Below, one piece after another: positions 1 through 15,448 of a DNA stretch of 64,000 bases (the first letter of the stretch is position 1; every line of letters starts with the position of its first letter). The stretch comes from the human T2T-CHM13v2.0 reference genome, Homo sapiens. Location of the stretch: assembly GCF_009914755.1 (NCBI RefSeq), contig NC_060930.1. One strand, 5' to 3'. The position numbers were made by a program, and so were the translations under genes. A model generated the notes under the pieces. It saw only the letters and a list, made by a program, of their open reading frames with translations. It had not been told where the DNA came from and did no database searches.

Positions 1-910
<910 letters not shown>

Positions 911-1516
911 TAAATACTGTAAGATAGGTGTGTTCACAAAAGACTTTGATATGTGATGATGAAGTCTGATTTAGGAAAAGTTGATAATATTTAAAATAGC
1001 ATTGCTATTTTCTTACGCTTACCGAATAAAAATGCCTTGGTGAATCTAAAATATGCTATTGAAAGAAAAAGTACTCTTTTCTCCAGGGAACTTTATATTT
1101 TTTTATTGATATGTTAGTACATTTTATAGCTGTCATAACATAAGGCTTTATTTGTTTTAGAACATTGAATTACTTCTGCAGCAAATAAAGCTTAGGACTA
1201 TATTGGTTTATAAAAGTGGCAATGATATTTAAGTACTTTTTAATGTGCTTTGATTTTATGATTCTTAAATTTCCTACCTTATCTTTTTATTTTATCCTAT
1301 TTTGTTTCCTTTTGGAGAAAGTTAAGTTTCCAGAAATCATTGCTAATTTGTAATAGTTAACAGTTAACTTTTTTTCTGATTTCTGCCATTAAATTTGTTG
1401 TTTTCAAATTGGAGTATATTATTTGTGTTAGATTTAAGTCATAGTATATACTATGCCTAATATAGTATAACTTATATACTATGTTAGGTTTATTAGCTTA
1501 GTGTAAGCATATACGC

Positions 1517-1625
1517 GTTGTAAGATCCATTAGGGTGGGGACCATGCTGGAAAGCTTACAACAGTGCTTGGCAATCAGTTGGTTTCCAGTGAATATTTGT
1601 TTACTTTCTTAATCAGTTAATGGGT
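1517..1625 (+). mobile_element. L2 3' end fragment
   Basis: tgtaagatccattagggtggggaccatg...acagtgcttggca...gaatatttgtt resembles the L2 terminus. Confidence 0.5.
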
Positions 1626-3399
1626 GATAGGGCAAAAGTGAACTGATATTTTAAGCAGCAGAAAGGGCCAGATTGGCTATCCTTGTTTTTTTATGATATT
1701 ATAGGTGTCATTTATGTTATAGGTAGTATAACATTTATATAATGTGTACTTTCTGGCTCTTGGATTTGCTGTAATTTTAACATCACATATGGATATAAGA
1801 ACTTGAAACACTGTAAAGTGAAATGCTTTGACACAGGAGTTAATTTACATAATGGTAAATTCTGCATTAAAGGCCTTAAAGTAAGTTCTATCTTATATCA
1901 AAATGTCAGTATTGATTATGTATACATAGAAAGGTTGTGTTTTTTTCCCAAAGAAAACCAATTGTTGTGGTTAAATTTTTAAAAACCAAATGAGTTTAGG
2001 GATTCAAGATTCTCAGCTAAGTATAGGTCTATAATCATAATGATAAGTTAGAATTTATGATTCACAGATATGTGGGATTTATGTGAATAAGATATTTTTT
2101 TAAATATTGCTGAGACTTAGAGTAATCTATAGGTTTTCTAGATAACTATGCTGTTCTTTTATAGAACTAAATTTAATGGAGCAGAGAGTTAACTAACTTT
2201 TAAGTTAACGTGACTTTGCAGATAACTACTTTTGGTGAATGATTTTCAACATGATCATGATGAATTTTAATATACTCAAAGTTTTCGGTCTCTAATTATT
2301 AATAAACTTAAAATAGGTCAACTAGAGCTTAGAAGAAAAAGCGTGAACTTGTTTTTTCTTGGTAGTACCCTTGTCTTCTATAATTGACGGAAGGAAAGTA
2401 CATACTATAAAAGCAACTATATAAGACTAAAATTATTGTTTGGAAATTATTATCCTTCAAAGACTTGTATTTATGTTTATTGACTTCATGTTATTAATAT
2501 TTCACAACCAGGGTTTAGATTCCAACTCAGCTCTATGACCTGATCAGATTGAATATATTTGTAAATTCAGTTTACCAATATTTACCTTGCAAGGTTTTAG
2601 TATAAATGAATATAAGTTATTCCAAATGTTTAGTTCACTGCCTGTGCTTGATGCTATTTATTATTATAATTAGTCTTATTAATATTATTAACAGTACTTC
2701 AAAAATTCTGATAACTTTCTTCAAATTGTTCTTTTCTCAAAAATGGGGATTACCACATATCTTGAGATAATTATAATGCTGAATTACTTTTGAATATTAA
2801 TGACAGTGATTTTTTTCTCAGCTTGAGAACCAAATCCCTTGACAAGCATATAAGAACCATCTACAACAAAATAAGTATCTGAGGAAACCTGTCAGCTACT
2901 TCAATCTGTATTTCAGCATTAATGTGTGATTCTATGCAAACAAATTTGGGAGAGGATTTTAAAAATTCCACTAAATAGGGAGAACTTTTCTAAACATCTC
3001 ATTTTAGACAATTTTCAAAACTACCAAGGGATCTTGAGGACTGAAACCAGTTTCATTTTTCTATACTATGTTATTAATAAAAATTCAAAGATCAGTTAAT
3101 ATAATGCATATTGTATGAACTTTGAAATCATTATAGTAAACATTTTTTTGTCAAATTACTTATACCAGTTATCTTGCTTGTGACTGCAGATTGCATAATT
3201 GCTGCACAGATACTTAAATGGCAACATATGTCACATTTATCCACTCAATGGCCACACTTCATTGTGTATAGATGTATTCTGATGGGCTTTACATTCAAAT
3301 TGACAAGTGAGGCAATTACCAGTCAACATGTCCTACAGGTTCTGCATCTGGCTTATCCATTTGTACTTTTTTGTTTTGTTTTAAAGTAACAGGATCTGT

Positions 3400-3860
3400 A
3401 GAAAGAACTATAGTAACCTGATTTGAAACCTGGCTCTAATGCTGATTAGCTATGTGACCATGGGAAAGTTCCTTAGCATGTTTTTGTTTTGTTTTGTTTT
3501 GTTTTCCAAGACAGGGTCTCACTTTATCACTTAGGCTGGAGTGCCCTGGCTTGATCTCTGCTCACTGCAACCTCCGTCTCCTGGGTTCAAGCGATCCTCC
3601 CACCTCAGCCTCCTGAGTAGCTGGGACTACAGATGTGTGCTACCATGCCCTGCTAATTTTGTGTTTTTAGTAGAGATGAGGTTTCAGAATATTGGTTTCA
3701 CCTCAAGTGATCTGCTCACCTTGGCCTCCCAAAGTGCTGGGATTACAGGCAAGAGCCACTGTGCTGGCCAGTTCCTTAGCATCTTTGAATTTTAGTTTTC
3801 TCATCTGTAATATTGTGATAATAACTGATACAATAAGGAAATATTACACGCTTGTAATTT
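3400..3860 (+). mobile_element. MIR, interrupted by an Alu
   Basis: MIR core tttgaaacctggctct...tagctatgtgaccatgggaaagtt / ttagttttctcatctgtaa. Confidence 0.7.
3480..3769 (-). mobile_element. Old Alu (AluJ/S) with about 20 bp internal deletion
   Basis: Antisense dimeric Alu; (TTTTG)n tail; 13 bp TSD agttccttagcat at 3467-3479 and 3770-3782. Confidence 0.95.
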
Positions 3861-3869
3861 TGCAAAATT

Positions 3870-4420
3870 AATGAAATTGATATAGGGAAGCAGGTACTCT
3901 CCTACACTGTTGGTAAAAATATTCATTATTAAAACATATCTATGAAGCAATTTGGTACCACCTAATACATATTGAAAGGTACATTCCCATTGAGTCAGCA
4001 ATATCATTTCTGGGAACATATGCTACAGAAATGCATTGGTACAAAAAGATATATATATACACACATACACAAAGATGTTCATTTGAGCATTATTTATAAT
4101 AGTTAACTTTAGACACATTTAAATATCCATCATTAGCGAGAAGTTAAATGAATCTTGGTGTATGTAGTCATGCAATGTGAATGTGAATGCACTGAAATAA
4201 AAAGATTTCCGAGACATAGAAAATAAAAAATGAAAATAAATGATTTAGACAAGATATTGAAAGTATTACATTATGTAAAAGTATAAGAATATATATGTAA
4301 TTGCATTATATATTCATTAATGCATTTTATAATTCCTGTGTGTTATCATAATTACTTTGAAGAACAGTAAAGTGATACTCAATTATTAAAAGTGATTCCT
4401 TTTGGGAAGAGATTGATAGG
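3870..4420 (+). mobile_element. Ancient L1 (L1ME-like) 3' fragment
   Basis: Degenerate ORF2 end and 3' UTR: cagcaatatcatttctgggaacatatgctacagaaa, aaagatgttcatttgagcattatttataatag. Confidence 0.65.
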
Positions 4421-4769
4421 ATATCTAGCTGTCAGGTATTGGTGAATGGGTTCCAATTCAGTGTGCGAATTGAAACACTAAAGACCAAATAAACAATTAC
4501 AGTTTTTCAATGGCAAAAAACTTACTTTCTACTATTATTAATCCCCTTGCCATCATTCTAGTTCAGGGTTTTCATTATCTCACTCAAAGTGGAAGATTGC
4601 AGGATACTCTAGAGTATAAATAAATTCTATGGAGGACTTCAGGACTTTTTCAAGCTGCATTTGCCATCTCCCTCCCCAGCTCCTATTCTCATTCTCTTCC
4701 CCGACACAGGATGGCTGCTCTATTGAGGAATAACAGATGGAGGTGGGGGTTATGTGCTGTAGGTGATGA

Positions 4770-5110
4770 GAAGCAAGGAGTTAACCAAATAGGGGAAAAC
4801 CAGGAGACTACTGTGGCATTATTGGTGCCTGGGAAAGACAAAGTTTAAGAAGAAAGGGAGTGGTCAGTCATGTCAAACTCTGCAGAGAAGTCAAATACCT
4901 TAAGTGTTTTTTTTGTTTTGTTTTTAATGAGCATTTGTTTTGTTTAGCATAGAGATAAATACTTACTGATCTTGCTGATAACAGTTACAATGGAGTTGTG
5001 AGGAAAAGGTATAAATAAATTGATGAGCAGGAGGTGAGAGCACAGATAGTGTAGACTACTCCTTTTCAAGACATTTGGCTATGAATAGAAAGGAGGAAGA
5101 AGGGGGGAAA
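4770..5110 (-). mobile_element. L2 internal fragment
   Basis: agggagtggtcagtcatgtcaaactctgcagagaagtcaa...gtgtagactactccttttcaagacatttggctatgaa, typical antisense L2. Confidence 0.7.
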
Positions 5111-7734
5111 GAGGCACTGTCCTACAATTTGTTGCATCTTATTGATTTTTAAAGACAATTTTAAATAATATGTCATCCTATCCAAAGTCATCATTTTTGG
5201 TAGACATCCCAGCTTCAAGTGATTAACCGAAAAAAGCAAATCAATTCCATTCCTTAGGCATACATTTTATATTTAGTTTTTCCTGACAGGCTTCCAAAAA
5301 AGCTATGTTGCTCTAGTTTTGACATTCTTCTGGATGTTTTGCTGAGATTTATGATGGTCAAAAGGGGTAACTTTGTAAATTTTGCAGTTTACATTTATTA
5401 CATTCATGATTTATGTAAATTTTAGAGTGTTTCTGTCTTCTCTTTCTATGGCTTGAACAAAATTCCTCATGTTCTTTTAACACTTTTCCCTGTTTCTTAA
5501 TTAGTAATAAGTTTGACCTTGCTTAGGACCTTTTTGCCAACCAAACTCTATGCCTTCTTCCATGCTAGAACACTAGGATAGATTGTAGAAGCAAACAAGA
5601 TGGTGCAGCAGGAGGTTGTGGGAAGACAAGGTAGGCTTATCTAGAAATACTATGTAGAGACTATCTGGAAGGTTCAAACTATGGAGAAAGTGACTTGTAG
5701 CATCATTGTTTAATTCAGAGACTTATCCTATAATTTATACAAAATCGACAACCAGATATTTCTAAATACTACATTTATTTTATAGATGAGTAAACTAACA
5801 CTACATATCAATATAATATGTATAAAGTGGAAAATGGGTCATATTCTAAATTGCATATTTATCTTTGGTCCTACTTAAGTTATTGCACTGATCCATGAAA
5901 CAACTGAAATATTGCACTGTGTTTAGCATACTTTCCTGAGACATACACAACACATATTTAAAATCGTATGTTTAAACAGGGATACTAAGTCTGGCATAAA
6001 TTATTACACTCAAGTATCAGGATATGAATCATGTTGCCAGGTTGGTGAACTACATTTCTATATTTTTTTCTGATTTATTATATGACTATAGCAAAATTTG
6101 CCACAATAGGAAAGTCAGAAAAATGCATTATATCATAATTTAGATTTTAACACCATAGGATTTTTTGGTAATTTTTTTCAGATTGTATTTTTTAATCTGA
6201 AATACCTTTTAAACTGAAAAGAAAATTTCCTATTCAATGTTTGTCATGTATTTAAGAAAAAGAACAACAATATAAATTATACTAGGGTGGCTACTATATA
6301 TAAAATATGTAATACATTATATATATTACATATATAGAGAGATATAAACTGAATCAGTAGTTGACACACTGGATTTAGTAATGGAACCTTTAGTTAAACA
6401 TATTACATAAAATACTCTGTTTATTATATGTTGCCTTCATTAACAAAGCCTTTGTGGAGGTTATGAGATAACATATAAAAAAATAAGGTAACTTTTTTTC
6501 TCTAGCAAGAAGTTGCCCAGAATTTATGTAGCCTAGGATCCTCCTGGTGTAAACTGTGCATTTCATACATACCATCAGAAATATGTATGAAAATGATGTG
6601 TCCCTAGACACAATCCTGGTGAGTTGCAGAGAGGAATAAGAAGTGATTATTTTTTGTAAGTCAGATATAAAACTTGTTGTTAAGTCAGTACTTTTTGAAA
6701 TAGGTAGACTAAGCATCATTTTATATTTGTTTTCAGGGAACAAGTTCATTTGATAAAGTGCATTTGAGCTACTTGTCATTAAGTTTTTTTTGTTTTTTTT
6801 TTGTCGTTTTTTTACTTGTCATTAAGTTTAAAAATTACTATGTTTAGTATTTGGTCAATTTGATATCTTAAATTGTTGAGGATTGCATTTTTTAAATCAC
6901 TCACATTGTTCAATTATCATACATTTCTGTTTCATTTTCTTTACCAGTTTTCAGTTATTCTGCTTTCATGTCTTCTAGTACCTGGCACGTTTTGTGCCAA
7001 GAGAAATTCGTTTGTTGCTGCCTTTGAAAATGTTGCTCAAACTTATGTCAGTTGCAAATGACTTGCCGAAGTTTTCCTCAGTTAAGCAGCTGGCAGTCTA
7101 ATATTTTCTTAGGGAAGCCTGAAGAGTGTTTTCACATATTGACTCAGCTTGCCAACTCTTTCTCCTTCAATGTTTCAGGTGTCAGTGGCTCCTGTAGTTA
7201 TTAGCAATGGCACTAAACTAAAAATATGATTGGTCCTATTATACCAGACATGGAAAACTGAAATAACGAGCCAGAGCAATACTATCCATAATTGCATAGA
7301 CATTTCCTTACTGAATACACACTAGTTCTCTCAAATTATTGGTCTAGTTTGACAAAGTCCCAAAGGTGTAAGTAGCTAATGTACCCAGTTAAAGTGAAGA
7401 GAAATTGGGGACGAGAGAATGATTGTCAAAACACTTCTCTGATAGAACCTTGAAGAATATAAGACTTAGAGTCACTTGTATAGACAGAAACTGCTTGAAG
7501 AAATTAGAAAAAAAAAAAAAAAAAACTAGAAATCAGAAGACATTTTGTTTTTCATCTGAAAAATGGAGCAAAAGTAGTGGCGATCTCTAATCATTCCCAT
7601 AAGAAACGTTTTTTTAAAAAGCTAAATACATTAAAAGTCAATCTTAAAACATGCAAAAAGGCTTTAAATTTGGATCGAATATATTGTTAATAGGCATAGA
7701 TTAACAAATTGCAAGTAAGTAATCAAAATATAAA

Positions 7735-7940
7735 TCTTTTTGAGTACTCATTATGAGCTGACATTGTTATACGTACTTTGAAATAAATTAACCAATTTAA
7801 TCCTTGCTTTCATTCAATGAAATATGTAGAATAATTATTCTCATTTTACAGATGAGGTCTAAGCTCATTTGCAAAGCTGGGGTCTAAGCCCAGGGAGTCT
7901 GGCTTTAACATCCACTAGCTGAACTCCTTCACTGGCTGCT
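7735..7940 (-). mobile_element. MIR
   Basis: attattctcattttacagatgagg core; atttaatcct. Confidence 0.7.
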
Positions 7941-9259
7941 CTTAAGTTAAAAACACTGTTCATGTGTTTTAGGACTAGGTTCAACTAGTGGGACTTTTTT
8001 TCTTCCAAGTAAAAGAAGTTGGACTAAATATTTTCTTTTTGAAAAATCTTAATCTCATATTAAAATTCAAAAATCCATATCCTCCTCATTGCCTTAATCC
8101 TTTAATATAATATTGAACCCTATAGAATATTTGTTCTTGCCTAAATGGTGCCAAACATATTTAATTTAAATGGTTTTTAAAATGGTAAAAGTATGGATAT
8201 TTCTAAATATATGATTTCAGGACAGAATTTTTAAACTTCTACTCATGGATTTGACTTTTTGTATAGCAGATGAATATACGTGTTGTCCATGATCAGAGTT
8301 CCATGAAAATGAAATTAAAATGGTCACTTATAGGTGTTTTTACTTTCATTTCTTAACTGCGTAGACTAATGACATATACATCAGTCGAACTTTGCTTTCT
8401 AATTTTAAAGGCAGATGTTAATACTGTTAGCTCATGATGTATTTTAAATAATAGTTTTATGTATTCAGCTATGCATAAACCTATATGCATATTTTGTGGG
8501 ATCTGTGAATTGGGTAAAGATTTGAGGGAAAGTTTGCAGAAATGAGTATGATACAAAGTGAATTTTAGGGTTTTATATCAACTTAACCATTGTGCAAATT
8601 TGAGTTTTATCTAAATCAAGCTAGAATGATTCACTGAAAACTCTGTTTTTAGTATCATTAAAGCAATGTTCACTTGCGTTATTCAGACCACTCTCTGGAG
8701 AAAGTAGAAAGGAGAGCCTATGACATCCCATGAAGTTTGGAGGCAGTTAAGACCACTATGTTTACCTGAACTCTTTCCTATGTTTAATTAAACATAGAGT
8801 CAGATGTTTCCTTTTCCATGGACTTTGGAAAAATTTATAACTGATTTGACTATTTTAGGAATCTTGAAATCATACACTCCTCATAGAACCTCCTTCAGAA
8901 AATTACATATATCATTGCTATTAGTTTGGAAAATCTGTTAGTTAAAAATGTTTTTATATTAACCAAAAATATAGCTACTTTAATTTAGAGCACTTGATTT
9001 TAATAGATGTGCTAATCAATGGAGCAGAAGAGTTAACTGAGTTCAGAGACATAGTTTGGGTATTGCCTTAGAGATATATCTATTTGTTGTATGTATGCTT
9101 AAAAATACCCATGATATTATTTTATTCATACATTAGAAATATTTCCTACTATCGATTTTTCTCAGAATTTTTCTACAGGGATTCAGGCTACGTTTCTTTT
9201 GAAATGTCAATGATTGAGAACTTAGGTTTAAAAAAAATTACCTAAATCTTTAAAGTTAA

Positions 9260-9690
9260 AAAAGATGAACATATAGTTTATTCATACAATGAAACATTAT
9301 TTGGTGGACATACATTTGAATAGATTGTAGCTAAAATAAAGATGAATTACAGGATTATAACATGGAGAGAAAAATGCAAGTTGTAGAAGACAGCATAGAG
9401 TATGGTTCCATTTTTGTAAAGCTCAAATAGAATAAAAACTAAGCTATGTTTTATTTAGCAATATACAAATAGGTTGTAAAGCTGCTTTTAAAGAGCAGGC
9501 AAGAAGAATGGTAAACACAAAATCAGGATCATGCCCCCAGAAGGGAGGCAAGGGGCTGATGTTGGGGAGAAAGTAGGTAATGGCAATATTCTAGGATTCA
9601 AATTGGATCACAAGAGTTAGTGTTATCATTATATTTCATAGCTTACATAAACATTTATTTTGGATGCATCAAATACTATATAATAGAAAA
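9260..9690 (+). mobile_element. Ancient L1 (L1ME-like) 3' UTR
   Basis: tattcatacaatgaaacattat...aaaaatgcaagttgtagaagac...tatggttccatttttgtaaagctcaaa. Confidence 0.6.
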
Positions 9691-10454
9691 AAGTAGAAGA
9701 CAATAATTTTCTGCCTGTTTGTCATTGTATATGCTTTAAAAGAAAGTAATGAAGTAGGAAATTTAGACAATTAAATGGTTGTTATGTCTACATGAGACCA
9801 AATAATAGCCTTACTGATTATTATTATTTTTTTTTTTGGAAGGACTAAGTAATCCTGTTTTAAAGATTCATGTTTTAAGTTTCACTACTTAATTTTTATT
9901 TCAGTGACAGGACCAATTCAGACCAGGTTAAAGTTTATAAGAGAAAAATAAATATAACAAATGTTTATTGACTTCCCACACTACCTGTCAGGTAGTATAT
10001 TGGGTGTTGCTAAGGTATCACAGTAAATGAGATAAGTTTCTGCTCTTTGAGACCTTTAAGTTCAGTGAAAACAAGAGGATAAATGTGTCTATTAATCCAA
10101 TTAGTACAAATTCTGAAAGCACAAAATGTTAAATAAATTAAGGACGTTCCTGAGACTAAGTCATCCCTCAATATTATTAGAAAATGTGATAAAGCTTAAT
10201 ATAACAGATTATATAGAAAATACTGATTTTTTTGTTAATTTTGTCTAATTTCTCTTTGCTTTATTTCATAAGCTTATATATTATCCTACCCTTAGGAGTT
10301 TTCTTGTCAAGATACTAAGATGTTAAGGCAAATGCATCAATTCCATGAAGTAACTGTTACATAGCTTATTACAGAGAAATCTTTATGCTTATGCAGAGAT
10401 CCTTGGCCTGGATAACATTATAATTATTTTTATTTAATCCTTCTCCTTCCTAGG

Positions 10455-10975
10455 AAATCAGTTTGATATGTTGAAAAGAGTGTCATATTTTAGAGAAACT
10501 TTGAATTCCATTTCTGATATGTTTCATTCCATCTTTAGGACTTTAGGTAAATTAGTTAACTTTGCCAAGTGTGAATTTTCCATCTATAAAATGGTGTTGT
10601 AGGCTGGGCGTGGTGGCTCACGCCTGTAATCTCAGCACTTCGGGAGGCCGAGGTGGGTGGATCATGAGGGCAGGAGATCGAGACCATCCTGGCTAACACG
10701 GTGAAACCCCGTCTCTACTAAGAAAATACAAAAAAATAAGCTGGGCATGGGGGCGGGCACCTGTAGTCACAGCTACTCGGGAGGCTGAGTCAGGAGAATG
10801 GCGTCAACCAGGGAGGCGGAGCTTGCAGTGAGCCGAGATCATGCCACTGCACTCCAGTCTGGGTGACAGAGCGAGACTCTGTCTCAAAAAAAAAAAAAAA
10901 AAAAAAATGGAGCTAATAATATTGTCCAGATAGAGCTGTGAGGATTAAATTTTATAATGTACACAGACACCTTAC
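10455..10975 (+). mobile_element. MIR, interrupted by AluY
   Basis: ctttaggtaaattagttaac...ttttccatctataaaatgg / taataat...gctgtgaggattaaat. Confidence 0.7.
10602..10907 (+). mobile_element. AluY
   Basis: gagatcgagaccatcctggctaacacggtgaaaccccg and gcggagcttgcagtgagccgag diagnostics; A22 tail; only a short aaaatgg TSD. Confidence 0.96.
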
Positions 10976-12240
10976 CAACTTGACCACAGTGGTTATTATG
11001 TGTCTAAATCCAGGATAGTGCTAAGTAGGATTTAAGGCCACTTAAAGATAAGGCCTTCAGTGTATGCAAATTGGATTTGTTTTACTGAGCGATTAATTTC
11101 CTAGTCCTAGAACATTGTGTGTGCTGAGTTACTGAATTTTTAAATGAATTAACTATTAAAACCTGAAGGTCGAAAGTGTTTCAAGACAGCTCTCCAATTC
11201 AACTCATAGAAAATATCTTTTGAAACAAAATGTGCTGCCATCTTCTTATCCTGAATTGAAAGCTTAGGAAGAAATTGTGGAGACACTCAGAAGTCTGCCT
11301 TGTTTCTCTAGTCTGGGATGGAATTTCTGCCTGGAAATTTTCCAGGTAGAAGATGAAGAATCTGGAAAATTTTCCATATGTGTCTGAGTTAGATATTAAT
11401 GTTGGCTTTGTTATTTAGTTCAGAGTCTTGCTTGTAAATTCCAAAACATCAAGGGTATTCATAATCAAATAGAAAGCAACACATGGATTCCAAATGATAT
11501 TTGGATTATTCACAAATTGGTATTTTCTGCTCTCTTACTTTGCTTTCTTAGTATGAATCATGGGAGTTGACTGTAGAAATGTCACTATTGTATGCAGAAC
11601 ACATTTCAGTCTCTTCCTCTCATCTATTCTGTTCAAAATTTTTCAAAAAAGAACCAAATATTCATAAAGTATTTTAAATTTATGTAGTTTGATTTTTTGC
11701 TACTTGTTTAAGAAATAAATGTGAATTTCTGTGAAATATGCATTTATTTAATTAACTGGCTAAATTTTTCTGTCATTTAAAGTATACTTCTAAATTTTTT
11801 TAAATTCCACTTAAAATAAGATTTCAATTTTTAAAGAGGTATAGGTAAACATTTCAATGACATTAAAGTGCTTATTTCTTAAGCAAAGGATTGGAATGTT
11901 TTGGTTCTATTGGGCAAACATGTCCATAAAAAGTGGCTTTTGTTTTTGGTAGGAGAGTGAGGGCTTCCACAGGTTTACAGAAGAAGTGTTGTCAAGGGTT
12001 CAGCTATGGAAAGAGATGGGAGGCTTATCATGCAAGGATGCACTAGAGTGGGTATGATGGCGATTTTCTCAGGCTTCTGGTGGTCATGGTTGAAATGTTG
12101 CTGTAGCACTTCCAATCCCATCATCTTAAGGTTTTCTGAAACTGCCTTTGTTCCCACATTCTCAGCAAAAGTGTAATTGTGTTGTATTGGCTCACAATCA
12201 TTTTGTTTGGCTATGTCAGATCATGATCCCAGTTGGGGAG

Positions 12241-12633
<393 letters not shown>

Positions 12634-13381
12634 TAGACTACGATATATAAAAAAGAACAAAATGATCGGCCAAAAGATGAGATGTTATGCTTTTTTATAA
12701 CACAAAGCATGGGGAGACTTTATCAAATCACATGTTGCATTAAGTGGTAACATTACAGGAAACTTGTAGGACTTTTTACAAACATCCAGTTATCTGGGCT
12801 TTAGGGAAGTTGCTCTAGCACCAGGTAAATATCTTTTGGAACTGGGAATTCTGATGTTAAGTAGCTTACAACAAAATAAATACTTTAGGAATTTATCCTT
12901 GGAAATTCTCTATCCCAATAACAAATCATTACACTTTAATTTGACCATAGATCTCATCCATGTATGCAGTTTAATTGGAAAGTACTGGATAAGATTTACA
13001 TGACTCGGCTTCTTGACATTTAACTACCAAGTTTCTTGGTCTTGGCTTCCTTGTTCCTTAAGTGAGGCTGTCAGTGAAGATCTTTAAGATGCCTTACAGT
13101 TCTGTAAAATATTATAATTAGATTGCTCTGAGTGGCACAAATAAAATTAAGGTTTAGCACAGTAAAATCTGTTATAGAGAGAGGTGAAGTTTATTTAATC
13201 TTTATTTAAAATGTATGTATACATCTCATATAACTCAATATATTAAGCATTTTGGACACCCAAATGTATAAAATATATGAATAATAAATTTATATTATTA
13301 GAAAAACAAATATAAAAAGATTATTGTCTTAACATTTCTTTGTAAGGAAATAACGAAACTCAAATAGAAAATGGTAGTTTT

Positions 13382-13414
13382 ATCGCTTCTCAGCCTATTG
13401 GCTAAGATCAAGTG
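13382..13414 (+). pseudogene. U2 snRNA 5' fragment (nt 1-33), tailless retropseudogene
   Basis: atcgcttctcagcctattggctaagatcaagtg matches 31/33 to the U2 5' end; 13 bp TSD gaaaatggtagtt at 13367-13379 and 13414-13426. Confidence 0.93.
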
Positions 13415-14743
13415 AAAATGGTAGTTCTGATTTCTAAGATCATTTTAAATTATAGTTATATGATAAAACAACATTCAAGATAATTTAGATAATATATGAT
13501 TTGTTTTTATGTTGGTTAAAATGATTAGCTTGGAAAATGGTTCAGATTAGTGTGGAATTTTTTATGAACTCACCTATGATCAATGACTGAATTTGAATTG
13601 AGTTTATAGAACAATTATTGGTATTTTCAACTAAGTATTGTTGTACAGTAAAGCAGAGCTAGTGAGATACCCAATGGAAACAGCATCTAAAAAGTTGGTC
13701 TCCAGAAGTATCATTTATACAAATATTCTTCTAAAAGCTTTATCACTGAATACCTCTATTTGTAAAAAAAGATACATACATATATATATATATATACACA
13801 CATACATGAATACTTAAAATATCTTTAAGGATGCTGCCATTATATTCATTTATTAATTATATACCTGTTCTATATTATATGCATTATAAAATATGTAAGG
13901 TATAAAATTAAAAGAATAAGATAAAGATTAAATAATAAACTTAGTTTCATTCATGGTATGTTTATATGGTATGGTATATGTATATACAGTATGGTATTTT
14001 TGTTTTGGCTAAAACAGAAATAGGTAATGCAATTGAGTATGAACCATTATTTTTTAAAAATTTGTTAAACATTTTGAATTGTAGAAGATCTGATTCTATA
14101 GTTTGATTTATTGATTTTAATGGCTGTATGACTGAAAAATGCTTCCTCACAAAAATATATAGATCTAAGTGGAAAATAAATTGTTGGCTAAAAATTATGC
14201 CAACATTTTTAATGAAATTCAACTGATGCATTTCCATCTCACTTGAAGTTAATCAGTTATTCTTGTAAAGTAGCCACATGATGCTAAACTTAAACATTTC
14301 TGGCAAATGTGTTCAAAATGCTGTCAAATATGTCAATAATTAAAATATTTCTAAACATCCACTTTTACGACATTCTCTTCATAGTATTAACTTTTTTTCA
14401 ATCAACAACTTTTTTTTTCTTTTTGCCATAAAATAATCAGCAAAGCTCTGTGTGGCATAAATGGCGTTTATGATCACCTACATCTCAATACTAAGTATTA
14501 TAAAGAATCATTATATTTTAAATGTCGTTTTCAAGAAATTCACTCCTTTAATAACATTGTCACACTTAAGAAAATTTCTAGCTTCAAGTTTTGTCACAAT
14601 ATCTTTCCTATGATTACTGTAAATAATGATTTTCATGTGTGTAGTACTACTACTATTTTCTTGCTTTGCTGTTTTTTTCTTGTCTGACACCCTCTCACTT
14701 GTTACAGTCTTTCCATTAAATATTATTATTTTATTTTTATTTT

Positions 14744-15437
14744 AATATTTCAAGAGATTTATTCTAAGCCAAATATGAGTGACCATGGCCCATGACGCAG
14801 CCTCCAGGAAGTCTTGAGAACATGTACCCAAAGTGGTTGGGGTGCAGCTTGGTTTTATACACTTCAGAGAGGCATGAGACATCAATCAAATACATTTAAG
14901 AAATACATTGGTTTGGTCCAGAAAGGCGGAACAACTCAAAGGGGTGTGAGAGGTTCCAGGCTATGGTGAATTTAAATATTTTCTGTTTGACAATTGGTTG
15001 AGTTTTTCTAAAGACCCAGGATTGATAAAAAGGTAATGTTCAGCTTAAAAATAAAGATTGTGCAGCACAAAGTTCTTTTGAAGTCTTATAGTGGCTGTCC
15101 TTAGAGACAATAGGATGACAGATGTTTCCTGTTTAGATTTTAGGTAATCTCTTTAGGATTGGGAGTGTCTGGAAGAAAAAGATCTAGCTATGTTAATACA
15201 GATTCTTCATAGATGCAAATTTTTCCCCACAAAGAACAGCTTTGCAGGGGCATTTCAAAATATGGCTAAGAAGCATGTTTTTGAGTAAAATATTTTGATG
15301 TTCTTCTTTATCTTGTAATATTATGCCAGAGTCAGGTTGGAAAGTAAATAATGATATATAGGGTTAAATAAAACCCAACCTGTCTGATGCGAATTTGTGA
15401 TTTGTAGGCCATGACTCCCCAGACACCTTAGATAGGA
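14744..15437 (-). mobile_element. MER4-family ERV1 LTR (MER4D/E-like), lacking U5 and the extreme 5' end
   Basis: gagatttattctaagccaaatatgagtgaccatggcccatgac...cagcttggttttatac...catgactccccagacaccttagatagga. Confidence 0.85.
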
Positions 15438-15448
15438 GTAAGTCCTTA

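Noticed and set aside
6982-7150. tggcac...gtgcca as an NFI site, with nearby TGACTCAGC
   Set aside because: Spacer is 9 nt rather than 5, and isolated short motifs are not enough to call an element.
2175-9038. Near-identical 20-mer aatggagcaga(a)gagttaact at 2175 and 9018
   Set aside because: Flanks do not extend; a gapped match this long is plausible by chance in 64 kb of AT-rich DNA.
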